Program-made: the position numbers and the translations under genes
The notes under the pieces: model-generated
What the model was told of the DNA's origin: nothing
What the model saw: the letters and a program-made list of their open reading frames with translations, nothing else
Database searches by the model: none
Shown here: positions 27,948 through 37,298 of the stretch, piece after piece
How the letters are laid out: each line of letters opens with the position of its first letter
Numbering within the stretch: position 1 is the first letter of the stretch
DNA from: an uncultured Gammaproteobacteria bacterium
Lineage (GTDB): Bacteria; Patescibacteriota; Patescibacteriia; UBA1558; 2-01-FULL-52-15
Reading direction: 5' to 3'
Assembly: GCA_964402565.1 (NCBI GenBank)
Contig: CAYOCJ010000002.1
Span: 316,659-380,658 of the forward strand
Length of the DNA: 64,000 bases

Positions 27948-29087
27948 ATGCCGGAAGATCAACTGAACCCTAGCGAGCCGGATATCGTGCTGCTCGCGAG
28001 TCAGGACGAATACGCCAAGTATTACAACTTGATGACGGTCGTATTGTCCCGGCTCGTCGCGTGGCATCGAAAACTGGCGAGCCAAGGGCAATACGAGGCA
28101 GGGGTCATCGAGCAATTCGTCGAGCGTCTGCTCTACACCATCCGCGTTCTGCGGATGAAGTACACGTACAGCGTCGAGCACGGACTCAAGGTCGATCTCA
28201 CTGACTCGGGTTTTCCCGCAGCCATGGAGATCATGCACCTGGAAACCGATCTCGCGCGAAAGGAAGAGGTCCTGAGGGCCCTTCCTCCGGCGTCGTTCTT
28301 GAAACTCAGCATGTTGGATACGCTCCTCAAGGAGCGGGTCGAACCGCGCGAGCTTCTGTGGCAGATGTCTCAACGTGCCTACATGACCATGCTGGATCCG
28401 GATAAAGTGTTTCTCACGTTCAGTCCTGGCAAGCTCGAACAGCGAGGCCAGGATGTGAATGAACGGCAATATGTGTTCTCGTGGGGCTGCTACGATTTCC
28501 AGAAAAGCAGACCCTACGTGCACGTCATGACGTTCACCCAAGACCGATCGAGCGACCCGCTGCATTTGGAAGGGCCGACCTATGCCCACTTCATGCAGGT
28601 GGTCAAGCACGAGGGTTCCCGCGCACCCGACCTGGCCATCCTCGCTGCGTCTATCGACGACGCTCTCGAGGATATTCATCCGAAGGTCATCAAGCGGGTG
28701 TGTATCGGACCCATGTTCTCACGCTCAGTGGTTCACGGTTCAGAGGTTACGACCGATCCGCTCTACCGCAGTTTGGCCGAACTTCTGTACCAACAGAGCA
28801 AGGCCGACGACGAGTTCCTCCTCGCCTTCAAGGAAGAGGTAGTGTTCTCGAGAGAGCAGCAGGTTACAAAAAAGCTGTTCGCGTCGTCCCGCGTCCGGGA
28901 GATCTTCCACATTCCCGTGGATGACCCCGAGTGTTACCAGAGCCGCGCTTCGGTCGTGCATCGAAGCGTCATTCTGTCGCATGCATTGCTGCAACATATC
29001 GACGGGCTTGGCGATTCTGCCCTGCCCGGCTTCGAGAAGTTCGGCAAGATCACGTATTCGGCAGACGGAGGACTCTATGGCGTCTAG
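27948..29087 (+). CDS. hypothetical protein, 379 aa (island gene C)
   Basis: RBS aaggagagatcc-ATG. Its stop overlaps the start of the AAA ATPase gene. Confidence 0.65.
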   Translation: MPEDQLNPSEPDIVLLASQDEYAKYYNLMTVVLSRLVAWHRKLASQGQYEAGVIEQFVERLLYTIRVLRMKYTYSVEHGLKVDLTDSGFPAAMEIMHLETDLARKEEVLRALPPASFLKLSMLDTLLKERVEPRELLWQMSQRAYMTMLDPDKVFLTFSPGKLEQRGQDVNERQYVFSWGCYDFQKSRPYVHVMTFTQDRSSDPLHLEGPTYAHFMQVVKHEGSRAPDLAILAASIDDALEDIHPKVIKRVCIGPMFSRSVVHGSEVTTDPLYRSLAELLYQQSKADDEFLLAFKEEVVFSREQQVTKKLFASSRVREIFHIPVDDPECYQSRASVVHRSVILSHALLQHIDGLGDSALPGFEKFGKITYSADGGLYGV

Positions 29088-31035
29088 CCAGTCCGGTGTA
29101 ACGATCGAGGAAGCCGATGTTCGGAAATTCCTCGACCGTGCGAACCCCCTGCTTGCTGCAGCGAAATGGCAGCCAAAGCAGGATCCGTTCGCGAAAAGCA
29201 AAGAGCAAGGAGCAGGCGGGTGGCGCGACTCTACAACGTTGCCGCTCGCTGAGCAGTCGATTTCGATCGTCTCCTTCACACGGAAGCTCGCCGATGATGC
29301 GCTTCTGCTGCCCGATGGCTTCAACCACGTGTTGGGCATCGTACGCAAAGGCTTGTGTCTCGGCATGCATCTGTGCCAGCAGTACACCAGATTCTCCGGC
29401 TTGGAGGAACTGGTGCGGCTGAACCAGCGCGGCGCGCTGACAGGCGAGCAGAAAACTCGCTTCAGCGAGATGCAGGTCACGGCAGCTGCTGTCGCTGCGT
29501 TTTCCTCAGCCTACTATGTGGTCTGGAGCCTTTCAGACTACAGAACGGATGAGACTTCAGGGGTCAATATCAAGCTCGACGGTTTACCCGAGCTTGCGCT
29601 CGTGAATCCGGTTTCCGCCTTCCAGTGCATGGTGTTCTATTACGCCGCGTATCTGGAGCGGAGCGGGCAAGTTGCGAGCGAGCTGGATTTCATCGCGATG
29701 ACGAACCTGTATTTCAAGGCCGTCATTGACGAGATCCAGCGGAAAGCAGAATCGTTCAGGCAGGCGGAATCCTTCACAGGCCAGACCTATCGTTTGGCCG
29801 GCAGCGAGTTCTCGATCAACGGGTTCGCGGCCGACCTCAAGGCAGGCAATGGCAGCGTGGAGTTCAACCGCGTCGACCTCGACGACATCGTCGGCAACCA
29901 AGACGCGAAGCACAAAGCGTTGCGGCTCGCCGAACGATTGATGTGCTACGACCTGGTGGCGCAGCGGAATCCCATGAGCGAACTCGGAGGCTTGGCCTTC
30001 GTTCGCATGGGCCACGGCGTGCCGGGTACGGGCAAGACGATGCAGATCTCTGCGACCGCTACCATGTTGTACGATTGGTGTACGGCACTCGGGATACCGT
30101 TCTTCTTCAATCCGATGCCGGATAACATCGTCTCAACGTTCCAGGGCGGTTCAGCAGAACGGGCTATCGCTTGGATGAAGCCCCTCTTCGATCCGAAGCG
30201 GATCATCTATGCGCCGGCCGATGACGCAGAGAATAACTACGAGGACCGGACACGGCAGGGAGTTTCCGCCGGCGTTCGAGAGGTCATCGGAGTCTTTCTG
30301 CGCCATACCGAGGGCGCCTACGCTATCAAGCGGGGCAACTCGGTGATCGAACTCTTCACGAATATCCCGGACCAGATCGATCCGGCCGTTCTTTCACGAG
30401 TCCTTGACCGGTTCGTGATCGGCGGTGCGCTCGAGTGGTACGACTTCGTGGACCAGGACTATCTCTGGTGGCGCAAGCTCAAGGCGGTAGATCCGACGTT
30501 CATCGACATGGAGGATCCGAAAGGATTCACCTATCTCGAGAAGCAGAAGGTGGTAGCGAGCCTGGCTGACGCTTACTCGGCTCAGACCCAGGAAGTGACA
30601 CCTTCGGTGAAGGAGCTCGATCGCATCATTGCGGAAGTCGAATCACAGTATCCGCGGCACGGCCATGAATTTTATGGCCGGCTGTTCGCGGCCTTCAAGA
30701 AAGCGTTCCCGGGGTTTTCCTCGAGGGACGTTCGAAATATCCAGACCCTCATCAGCGAGCGGATCCTGGACTTCGGGTTGCCAGCCGAATGGCTCAAGGA
30801 CCCGGAGATGTTCTATCGCAAGGACTACGCCACAAAGCTCGGGATGCTGAAGGAGCTCATGCGCGAGTCCATGCGCGGCTTGCATTTCGCCGAGGTGCGT
30901 TGGCAGGAGACCTATCGCTATCTCGTCCAGTTCCTGCGAATTCAGGAAACGGGCAGCGAGCGAGAGATCAAGAGAATGGCCGAGCACATTCGGCTGCAAG
31001 CCGAAGCGACAAGGCGAGTCAGTTCGCGATCGTAA
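29077..31035 (+). CDS. classical AAA-family ATPase with about 300-aa uncharacterised N-domain (island gene D)
   Basis: RBS ggaggactct-ATG overlapping the gene C stop. DIVGNQDAK, then Walker A GVPGTGKT, and a second region of homology ELFTNIPDQIDPAVLSRVLDRF. The Walker B is atypical (IIYAPADDAE). Confidence 0.8.
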   Translation: MASSQSGVTIEEADVRKFLDRANPLLAAAKWQPKQDPFAKSKEQGAGGWRDSTTLPLAEQSISIVSFTRKLADDALLLPDGFNHVLGIVRKGLCLGMHLCQQYTRFSGLEELVRLNQRGALTGEQKTRFSEMQVTAAAVAAFSSAYYVVWSLSDYRTDETSGVNIKLDGLPELALVNPVSAFQCMVFYYAAYLERSGQVASELDFIAMTNLYFKAVIDEIQRKAESFRQAESFTGQTYRLAGSEFSINGFAADLKAGNGSVEFNRVDLDDIVGNQDAKHKALRLAERLMCYDLVAQRNPMSELGGLAFVRMGHGVPGTGKTMQISATATMLYDWCTALGIPFFFNPMPDNIVSTFQGGSAERAIAWMKPLFDPKRIIYAPADDAENNYEDRTRQGVSAGVREVIGVFLRHTEGAYAIKRGNSVIELFTNIPDQIDPAVLSRVLDRFVIGGALEWYDFVDQDYLWWRKLKAVDPTFIDMEDPKGFTYLEKQKVVASLADAYSAQTQEVTPSVKELDRIIAEVESQYPRHGHEFYGRLFAAFKKAFPGFSSRDVRNIQTLISERILDFGLPAEWLKDPEMFYRKDYATKLGMLKELMRESMRGLHFAEVRWQETYRYLVQFLRIQETGSEREIKRMAEHIRLQAEATRRVSSRS

Positions 31036-31088
31036 CCAGGTAGCCAGAGCGGGGAAACTCGCTCTGGCGCCTATCCTAAGGAGTAGGA

Positions 31089-32354
31089 ATGCAGAAGCTC
31101 ATCGAAGCCGGCCTCATCGGAGATGGCTTGGTCACGGTCGATTCGCCAGCGATGGTGGATCGATACAACCAGGCGCTCGAGGAGAGCGGCGTATCGAGGA
31201 CACAGCTCACTGCGTTCACGATCGACGGCATCGGCTGGAGTCCGGAGGTGGCGACGGAATGCAATAACCGTTTCTACCTGTCGGTCGGTCTGCCGAATCA
31301 GGTCGGCATCATCTTGTCGCCTGATCAGGAAGGGAAACCGATCTACTTCCCTTTCAGAAGCTTCGATCGAGACCTGATGAGCATCTACTTCAAGCGGTTC
31401 GCGCAGGAGATCGCTGATGTGACGAGGCGATCACCGATCGTCCTCGACATCGACCAGGGCGTGACGGATTACGAAACGCCACTGGATCTCCTCCTGACAA
31501 ATCAGTTCGTTGTGCATTCCTCAGCCGGGAAGCTGGCAGAGGAGGCGCGAGTTCAGCAGGACATCGTCGGACGCTTCATGGCGGACGACGAAACCTGGTT
31601 CGACACCGCGATCCGCCAGCAACTGATCGACAGCGGCAAACAGCATGGCGATCTACGGTACCGCAAGGTAACGATTCCAGATATGCGCTATGACGACGTG
31701 CGGGACTTTTATACCCGTGCGTTCGGCGGCGCGTACCTGTTTCGGAGCCACGGCGGCCCCGAGATCCTCGTACTGGAAGATGCGAGCCTTGTCTCACAAA
31801 CGAAGCGTCGAGGCGTTGTCGTGTACACCACGACGTCTACCAAAGCGCTCGATCAACTCCGCGACTGCGGATTGATCGACATCGACCTCGCGTGGTATCG
31901 GGATCACCCCGAGCAACTGCAACATCTGTACGACAGTTTGGTCGGCGACTTCTTGTGTCGCGAACGGCCTGAGATGGTCCTGGACGATGTGCCGGCGACG
32001 CAGCGCAAGAAATTGCTGCTGTCGCTCAAGGCATCGGCGCCACCGGCTATCTTCGACCTCGAGCGGCTCATGAAGAAGCTCAAGAGCGATTCGCAAGCGC
32101 TGCCGACGGTGCTGTCGACAGATCTCCAGCATGTGCTGATGCATCCGGCTGCTACCGTGTTGAACGGCAGCAGGCGCGTCATCTGGCAGCTGCTGGCCGG
32201 TTATCAGCCGTGGAATGTTTCACGGCAGTATTTCTACAGACGGAACGAATTCGTGGAACAGATCGCCAACTGGCCCGAGCCGATGCAAAGCTGGGCCATC
32301 GAGCTGATCCAGCGGCGGTATCGTCGCGTCATGGATCAGCAAAAGGAGCAATGA
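31089..32354 (+). CDS. hypothetical protein, 421 aa (island gene E)
   Basis: RBS ctaaggagtaggaATG. No recognised domain. Confidence 0.65.
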   Translation: MQKLIEAGLIGDGLVTVDSPAMVDRYNQALEESGVSRTQLTAFTIDGIGWSPEVATECNNRFYLSVGLPNQVGIILSPDQEGKPIYFPFRSFDRDLMSIYFKRFAQEIADVTRRSPIVLDIDQGVTDYETPLDLLLTNQFVVHSSAGKLAEEARVQQDIVGRFMADDETWFDTAIRQQLIDSGKQHGDLRYRKVTIPDMRYDDVRDFYTRAFGGAYLFRSHGGPEILVLEDASLVSQTKRRGVVVYTTTSTKALDQLRDCGLIDIDLAWYRDHPEQLQHLYDSLVGDFLCRERPEMVLDDVPATQRKKLLLSLKASAPPAIFDLERLMKKLKSDSQALPTVLSTDLQHVLMHPAATVLNGSRRVIWQLLAGYQPWNVSRQYFYRRNEFVEQIANWPEPMQSWAIELIQRRYRRVMDQQKEQ

Positions 32355-32355
32355 C

Positions 32356-33000
32356 ATGCCGGCATTTGCGAGCTATCTCCTGTCCATGGTGATTCTCTAC
32401 TTCCTTTCCGGCGCCATCCTGTACAACCTGGATATCGCTTTCGGAGTCCCCGTCGTGACGTGGTGGTATAACCTCACGCACAAGAGCCCCTTGCCTGACG
32501 GCCAGGAGAAAGGTTTCATCTTTCGCCGGCCGACCAAGGTGAAGGGAGTATGGGCGGTTCTGATCTCGTCGGCGTTCAGCATCGCGGTGATGTACTACAG
32601 CCACTCAGTCAATATCGTCGTCGAGGTCTTCGCCTGGGCAGTCCAGGTTCCGTGCATGCTTTTCGGCATGCACATCCTGGGTCGTCCATTGGGAAACCTT
32701 TGGAGCAAGCGCGAGCATGTCTATCAGAAGCTCGACGCACTCGAGTCCGGCGAGACCACACTCAGCGCGGAAGCTCGCAGGATTGCGACTACCGTCGCCG
32801 GCAGAGCACGCGGTCTGAAGGACGAGCTGGCTGCGGCACCAAAGCCTCAGCCTGTGTCCGTTGAGCCTGCTCCGGTGCCGGTGGAGTCCGCGCCCGTCGT
32901 TGTGAACGACAGCACGGCTGCTCCCGAACCCCAGCCCGAAGAAGATCCGACGGCTGGGATGAAGAAGTTCAACGACAAGTACGGCATCAAGAGTCGTTGA
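32356..33000 (+). CDS. membrane protein with Pro-rich C-terminal tail (island gene F)
   Basis: TGAcATG coupling to gene E. 3-4 TM helices. PEPQPEE / PAPVPVESAPV low-complexity tail. Confidence 0.65.
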   Translation: MPAFASYLLSMVILYFLSGAILYNLDIAFGVPVVTWWYNLTHKSPLPDGQEKGFIFRRPTKVKGVWAVLISSAFSIAVMYYSHSVNIVVEVFAWAVQVPCMLFGMHILGRPLGNLWSKREHVYQKLDALESGETTLSAEARRIATTVAGRARGLKDELAAAPKPQPVSVEPAPVPVESAPVVVNDSTAAPEPQPEEDPTAGMKKFNDKYGIKSR

Positions 33001-33001
33001 C

Positions 33002-34624
33002 ATGGGCCCTTCACTTCAAGAGAAGCCTCGAGCGATCGAGGCAGAGAAAGACAACCACGGAGCGCTCTACTGGTTCGCCAGGCGAGTGCTCGGAGGAGTT
33101 GGTCGCTTCTACGGCCGTCACTGGTTCGCAGGAACGATCTTCCTCGTACTGTTTGTCGGAATCACGTTCTGGCTGCGGCCTCTCTACCAGCCCTATGTGC
33201 TGGGGGTCCGCAAGTTCAGCTTCCTGGTTCCGCTCTTCGCGCCGATCGCCTTCTTCCTTTCATGGGCGGTCCGCAAGCGCTCACTGCACTTCAAGATCCT
33301 GATCTGGGCGGTCATCATCGCCCTGATCGGCGGTGCCTGGAAGTGGGAGTCGGGCGCCTACCACTACTGCAAGCTCTACCTCAGATATCGGGATCTCCCG
33401 AAGACAGAGCTCACGCAGTTGCCGCTTACTGATCATGAGCGGATCCAGCCACTGCACTCGGTGTATACGCAGGCGCTGGAGAACATGACGGATGTCGAAC
33501 GGCCGACACGGTTCGACTTCGTCCGGATCGGTGACGAGTATCACTTCACTGCCGCGATCGAGCCAGCAAAGTCGATCAGGCAGACTGTGGGATCGATCAC
33601 CGAACTCCTGTCAGTTCCTGGTACGGTTCCGGCGGCGAATTTCGCTCCCGAGAGTCGTATCAAAGTTCATTTCAATGAAGGCGAGACGATGTACTTGTCG
33701 CACAATATCTTCACTTCCGTGCGGCGAGCATTCAGCCCCTCGCTCTTCTGGTCCTATGAGCCATCCGATGTCTTCCGCGTCCAGAACGACAAGGGAGAAT
33801 GGGTACAAGTCGTATCGCTCATCCACTGGACCGGCATCCTGTTCCCGCGTCCGGAGTTCGGCGGAGTGTATATCGTGCCGCAAGCTGATAGCTCGCCGGC
33901 CGAAGCGCTTCGCAGGACGCTCTGGGGCAGCGGGACATGGGTTCCACCGGAACGTCTGGCTGAGCATCCGTTTCTCATCGGCCAGAACACGGTCGCGTTC
34001 GACATCAGTCGTTTCGCGGCAGAAAGCTTCCGGTTCCAATACGGCTTCTGGGCTCCTGCTCCCGGGTATCACTACAACGACATTCGCATTCCGGAGTTAC
34101 CCGGTGATCAGAACGCCATGCCGTATACCTGTTTCTTCCGTCTCAGCGAGGCGAAGGGGCAAGACAAGCTCTATCAGTACTTCGCCATGGAGCCTTACGA
34201 CGCTGACAAGCAGGGTCTGACGCTTTCGATCTTTTACCCTGCTGACGGCATCGGCTCTGTCTACTACTATCGGCACAATGAACGCGGAGGAGTCGTATCC
34301 GGCGTCTCGGCCATCGCCGCTAAGGTGATGGAATCCAAGAAGCAATACGACTGGACGCGACATCGGCCGGTGGAACACCTGCCCTACATCAAGGACATGG
34401 CTGGAGGCCGACGCTTCTTCTGGAAAACGACGGTCATCACGATGAAAGACCCGATCGTCGACGCCAAGGGGAACAAGGACTCTACCCAGTTCTACATCGC
34501 GGGCACGGTGCCGGAGATCGTCTTCACCGACACCGTCACGAAAATGCCTACTTGGGTCGACTCGCATCACCCGGAAACGTGGGCACAAGACCTCGAAACC
34601 CAGATGAAAGATATCTGGAAGTAG
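33002..34624 (+). CDS. membrane-anchored protein with large extracytoplasmic domain, 540 aa (island gene G)
   Basis: TGAcATG coupling to gene F. Three N-terminal TM segments, then about 420 aa rich in aromatic residues. Confidence 0.65.
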   Translation: MGPSLQEKPRAIEAEKDNHGALYWFARRVLGGVGRFYGRHWFAGTIFLVLFVGITFWLRPLYQPYVLGVRKFSFLVPLFAPIAFFLSWAVRKRSLHFKILIWAVIIALIGGAWKWESGAYHYCKLYLRYRDLPKTELTQLPLTDHERIQPLHSVYTQALENMTDVERPTRFDFVRIGDEYHFTAAIEPAKSIRQTVGSITELLSVPGTVPAANFAPESRIKVHFNEGETMYLSHNIFTSVRRAFSPSLFWSYEPSDVFRVQNDKGEWVQVVSLIHWTGILFPRPEFGGVYIVPQADSSPAEALRRTLWGSGTWVPPERLAEHPFLIGQNTVAFDISRFAAESFRFQYGFWAPAPGYHYNDIRIPELPGDQNAMPYTCFFRLSEAKGQDKLYQYFAMEPYDADKQGLTLSIFYPADGIGSVYYYRHNERGGVVSGVSAIAAKVMESKKQYDWTRHRPVEHLPYIKDMAGGRRFFWKTTVITMKDPIVDAKGNKDSTQFYIAGTVPEIVFTDTVTKMPTWVDSHHPETWAQDLETQMKDIWK

Positions 34625-34790
34625 AGGCACAATTCGCACCTTCAATAATAAGCGCATGAAGCGCGGCGGGATCCAAACTTGGGTCCCGCTTTTTCTTTTC
34701 CAGTACTTGACAAAATCTATAATTTACAGTACTCTATCAAGTTCACATTTAAACAGAAAATCGTCCTTTCCCAAGAAAGGGGAGTGCCAG

Positions 34791-36059
34791 ATGATCGAGT
34801 TTATCAGCAGATACGTATCGGTCCTGGGCCTCCCGCAAAGCTATGCCCAGGCGCTGACTCATGTCATCGCCGTTTTGTTCGTTGCGGCTTTGAGCTTCCT
34901 GTCCAATCTGGTCGCGAAACGGATCATCGTTCGGGTCATGAATTTCATTGTCAGCCGGACGAAGAACCAGTGGGACGACGTGCTCGCCAAGTGGAAAGTG
35001 TTCACCAGGCTCTCGCATCTCGTACCGGTTCTGGTGATCTGGTATCTCGCACCTCAGGCGATTCCGCCATCATCATTTCTCGAGTCGCTCATCGAGCGCG
35101 CTGTCGGCCTGTACGTCGTATGGGTAAGCGTTTCGATCATGTGGGCGGTTACCAATGCTGTCCGCGATGTATACGACCGCTATCCGATCTCGAAACGGAT
35201 CGGCATCACGAGCTTTATCCAGACGGCGAGGATCCTGCTGGTCATTCTGGCCAGCATCCTGTCGCTGTCGATCGCGCTCGCAAAGCCGTTCGGAGTTTTG
35301 ATCGGCGGCATCATCGCGTCCGCTGCGGTCTTCGCGCTGCTCTTGCGCGAACCGATCCAGAATTTCGGAGCCAGTCTGTGGATCGTCTCTCATCAACTCG
35401 TCCGCAAGGGCGAACGGATCGAGATCCAAAGCTGCCAGGTGGATGGCGAGGTCGTCGAGATCAGCCTTCACACCATCGTCGTTCGTCAGAATGACATGAC
35501 GCTGAAAGCGTTTCCTACCTACAAGCTCCTGAGCGAGGGCGTGAAGAACTGGCGCGGCATCACTTCAGCCGGAGGACGGCGGATCCAGCGTTCGATCTGG
35601 ATCGACATGGGAACCATCAAATTCCTCAGTGGCGACGCGCTTGTCCGCCTCGAACAGATCCCGCTCTTGAAACCGTATTTGGATACAGAGCTCGAAGCCT
35701 CGATGCACAGATCGGAGAAAGGAGTCGCGCCGGCTCAACCGTTCGTACATGGTTTTGCCCTGACGAACACGAGCCTGTTCCGTATCTACGTCGACCTGTA
35801 CCTGCGCCAACATCCCGGCATTCATCAAGTGCATACGATTCTGGTGCGCCAGCTGCAGCCGAAAGAATGCGGCTTGCCCATCGAGATCTATGCGGCCACG
35901 AATACGACCGACTGGCCGGAGCACGAGCGCATTCAGGCGGAGATCTTCGATCATCTGCTTGCGGCGCTTCCGTACTTCGAGCTCAGGGTGTACCAGGGAA
36001 TCTCGGGTGCGGATGTGGCGCGTGCCGCACTTGCTTCTGCCGAGATAGAGCGGAAATAG
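34791..36059 (+). CDS. mechanosensitive ion channel, MscS family (island gene H)
   Basis: RBS aaaggggagtgccag-ATG. MscS pore helix plus beta-domain signature (FGVLIGGIIASAAVFALLLREPIQNFGASLWIV...GERIEI...GEVVEISLHTIVVRQNDMTLKAFPTYKLLSEGVKNW). Confidence 0.85.
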   Translation: MIEFISRYVSVLGLPQSYAQALTHVIAVLFVAALSFLSNLVAKRIIVRVMNFIVSRTKNQWDDVLAKWKVFTRLSHLVPVLVIWYLAPQAIPPSSFLESLIERAVGLYVVWVSVSIMWAVTNAVRDVYDRYPISKRIGITSFIQTARILLVILASILSLSIALAKPFGVLIGGIIASAAVFALLLREPIQNFGASLWIVSHQLVRKGERIEIQSCQVDGEVVEISLHTIVVRQNDMTLKAFPTYKLLSEGVKNWRGITSAGGRRIQRSIWIDMGTIKFLSGDALVRLEQIPLLKPYLDTELEASMHRSEKGVAPAQPFVHGFALTNTSLFRIYVDLYLRQHPGIHQVHTILVRQLQPKECGLPIEIYAATNTTDWPEHERIQAEIFDHLLAALPYFELRVYQGISGADVARAALASAEIERK

Positions 36060-36068
36060 GAGACAGTC

Positions 36069-36311
36069 ATGCTCATGTTCTGCGGCATTTTCTGCTTCAG
36101 CATCGTGGTCATCGGATACTTCGCGTGGCGCTGGAAAGAGCCCGCATGGAATATCCCGGTAGCAGCGCTGCTCGTTGCACTCGGCGTTGAGTTCGGGATC
36201 TGGCTCGATAGCAAGAGCTCGATCCTGTTCTTGGTCTTCGCTGCACTCTGCATCGCTGGCGGCTTCTGGTGCCTCAAGCCTCAAATCCGCCCGCCGACCA
36301 CCCCGCGTTAA
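36069..36311 (+). CDS. small 2-TM membrane protein (island gene I)
   Basis: RBS ggagacagtc-ATG. 80 aa. Confidence 0.5.
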   Translation: MLMFCGIFCFSIVVIGYFAWRWKEPAWNIPVAALLVALGVEFGIWLDSKSSILFLVFAALCIAGGFWCLKPQIRPPTTPR

Positions 36312-36366
36312 CGATCAAAGCCGCCTGGGAGTACAGAAACCTTTCACCTGCCTCAAGGAGGGCACA

Positions 36367-36726
36367 ATGACCGATCCGAATGAACGCAGACAGAAGATGA
36401 AGGACGATCTCGCGAGCCTCTTCGGCGGAGCCAAAGCCGAGCTCAAGCACTTCGTCGACAAGGCGGAGGGGCACATCGACCGGGTGGTCGATGGAGCCAG
36501 GGAGCTTCACGAGGACTTCCACGCCGATCCGGAGGTCAAGCGCTTCAAGCGTAGGTTTAAATCCGGCCTGGCGAGTCTGGGCAAGAAGTTGGTGCACAAG
36601 CACGGCACCAAGGCGGAGAGCGAGGCTCTGCACAGGGCGAATCGCAAGAAGAAGGTGAAGGAAAGTCAGACGCCTCCGTCGGAACCCCCGGCGTCGCCTC
36701 AGACGCCGCCCGAGTCCGGCAGCTAG
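36367..36726 (+). CDS. small basic Lys-rich protein with Pro-rich tail (island gene J)
   Basis: RBS caaggagggcaca-ATG. 119 aa. The ORF-track N-terminal extension has no RBS. Confidence 0.5.
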   Translation: MTDPNERRQKMKDDLASLFGGAKAELKHFVDKAEGHIDRVVDGARELHEDFHADPEVKRFKRRFKSGLASLGKKLVHKHGTKAESEALHRANRKKKVKESQTPPSEPPASPQTPPESGS

Positions 36727-36976
36727 ACTCATCGTTCATTGCATCAATCGATCCGCGAGGATCGCGTCATCCTGAAATGGATGGGAACCCGCTGGTACGC
36801 CAGTCGATAAGGGTTCCTTTTTATTTTTAATACCATTGACTTTTTTAACTCTTTTTGGTACTTTTCGCTGTCTTCTTTTGTCCATTAACATCGTGTTTTG
36901 AGAAACAACTGAAAGGGGGTGTTACAGTTAATTTCGGCGCCGGTATGGTAGTTTTTCCACGAGCGGAGAAAAAGAT

Positions 36977-37234
36977 GTGACAAGAGCAGATACTCCTACT
37001 GAAGCGCGCGTCCATGACGTGATTAACGGTAAGCACGGTTTTTTTGCTGTAACAGTAGATGAATCCGGCAAGATCGAAGGCTCGATCACGGTCTCGCTTG
37101 AAGAGAAAGACAATGTCTGGCTCGAAGCAAGGCATCCAAAGCGAGGTGAAATACTCCTGCTGGAGGACATCACCACAAAGCCTGCCGGATGGCGGGCTGG
37201 TCAGGCACGGTTCCTTCGTCCGACTGATCGGTAG
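36977..37234 (+). CDS. small hypothetical protein, GTG start, in a lower-GC patch inside the island (gene K)
   Basis: ggagaaaaagat-GTG. 85 aa. Preceded by the CATTGACTTTT...TTTTTGGTAC motif. Confidence 0.4.
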   Translation: MTRADTPTEARVHDVINGKHGFFAVTVDESGKIEGSITVSLEEKDNVWLEARHPKRGEILLLEDITTKPAGWRAGQARFLRPTDR

Positions 37235-37298
37235 TTCCCACATGCTATTCCGGCATGTGGACAGCAACTAGCATCGAGAAAACAGAAGGAGTTGGATC

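Noticed and set aside
26430-28679. 749-aa minus-strand ORF spanning island genes B and C
   Set aside because: It is antisense to two + strand genes that have good RBSs and stop/start coupling. Its translation is R/L/G/H-rich low-complexity sequence typical of spurious ORFs in GC-rich DNA.
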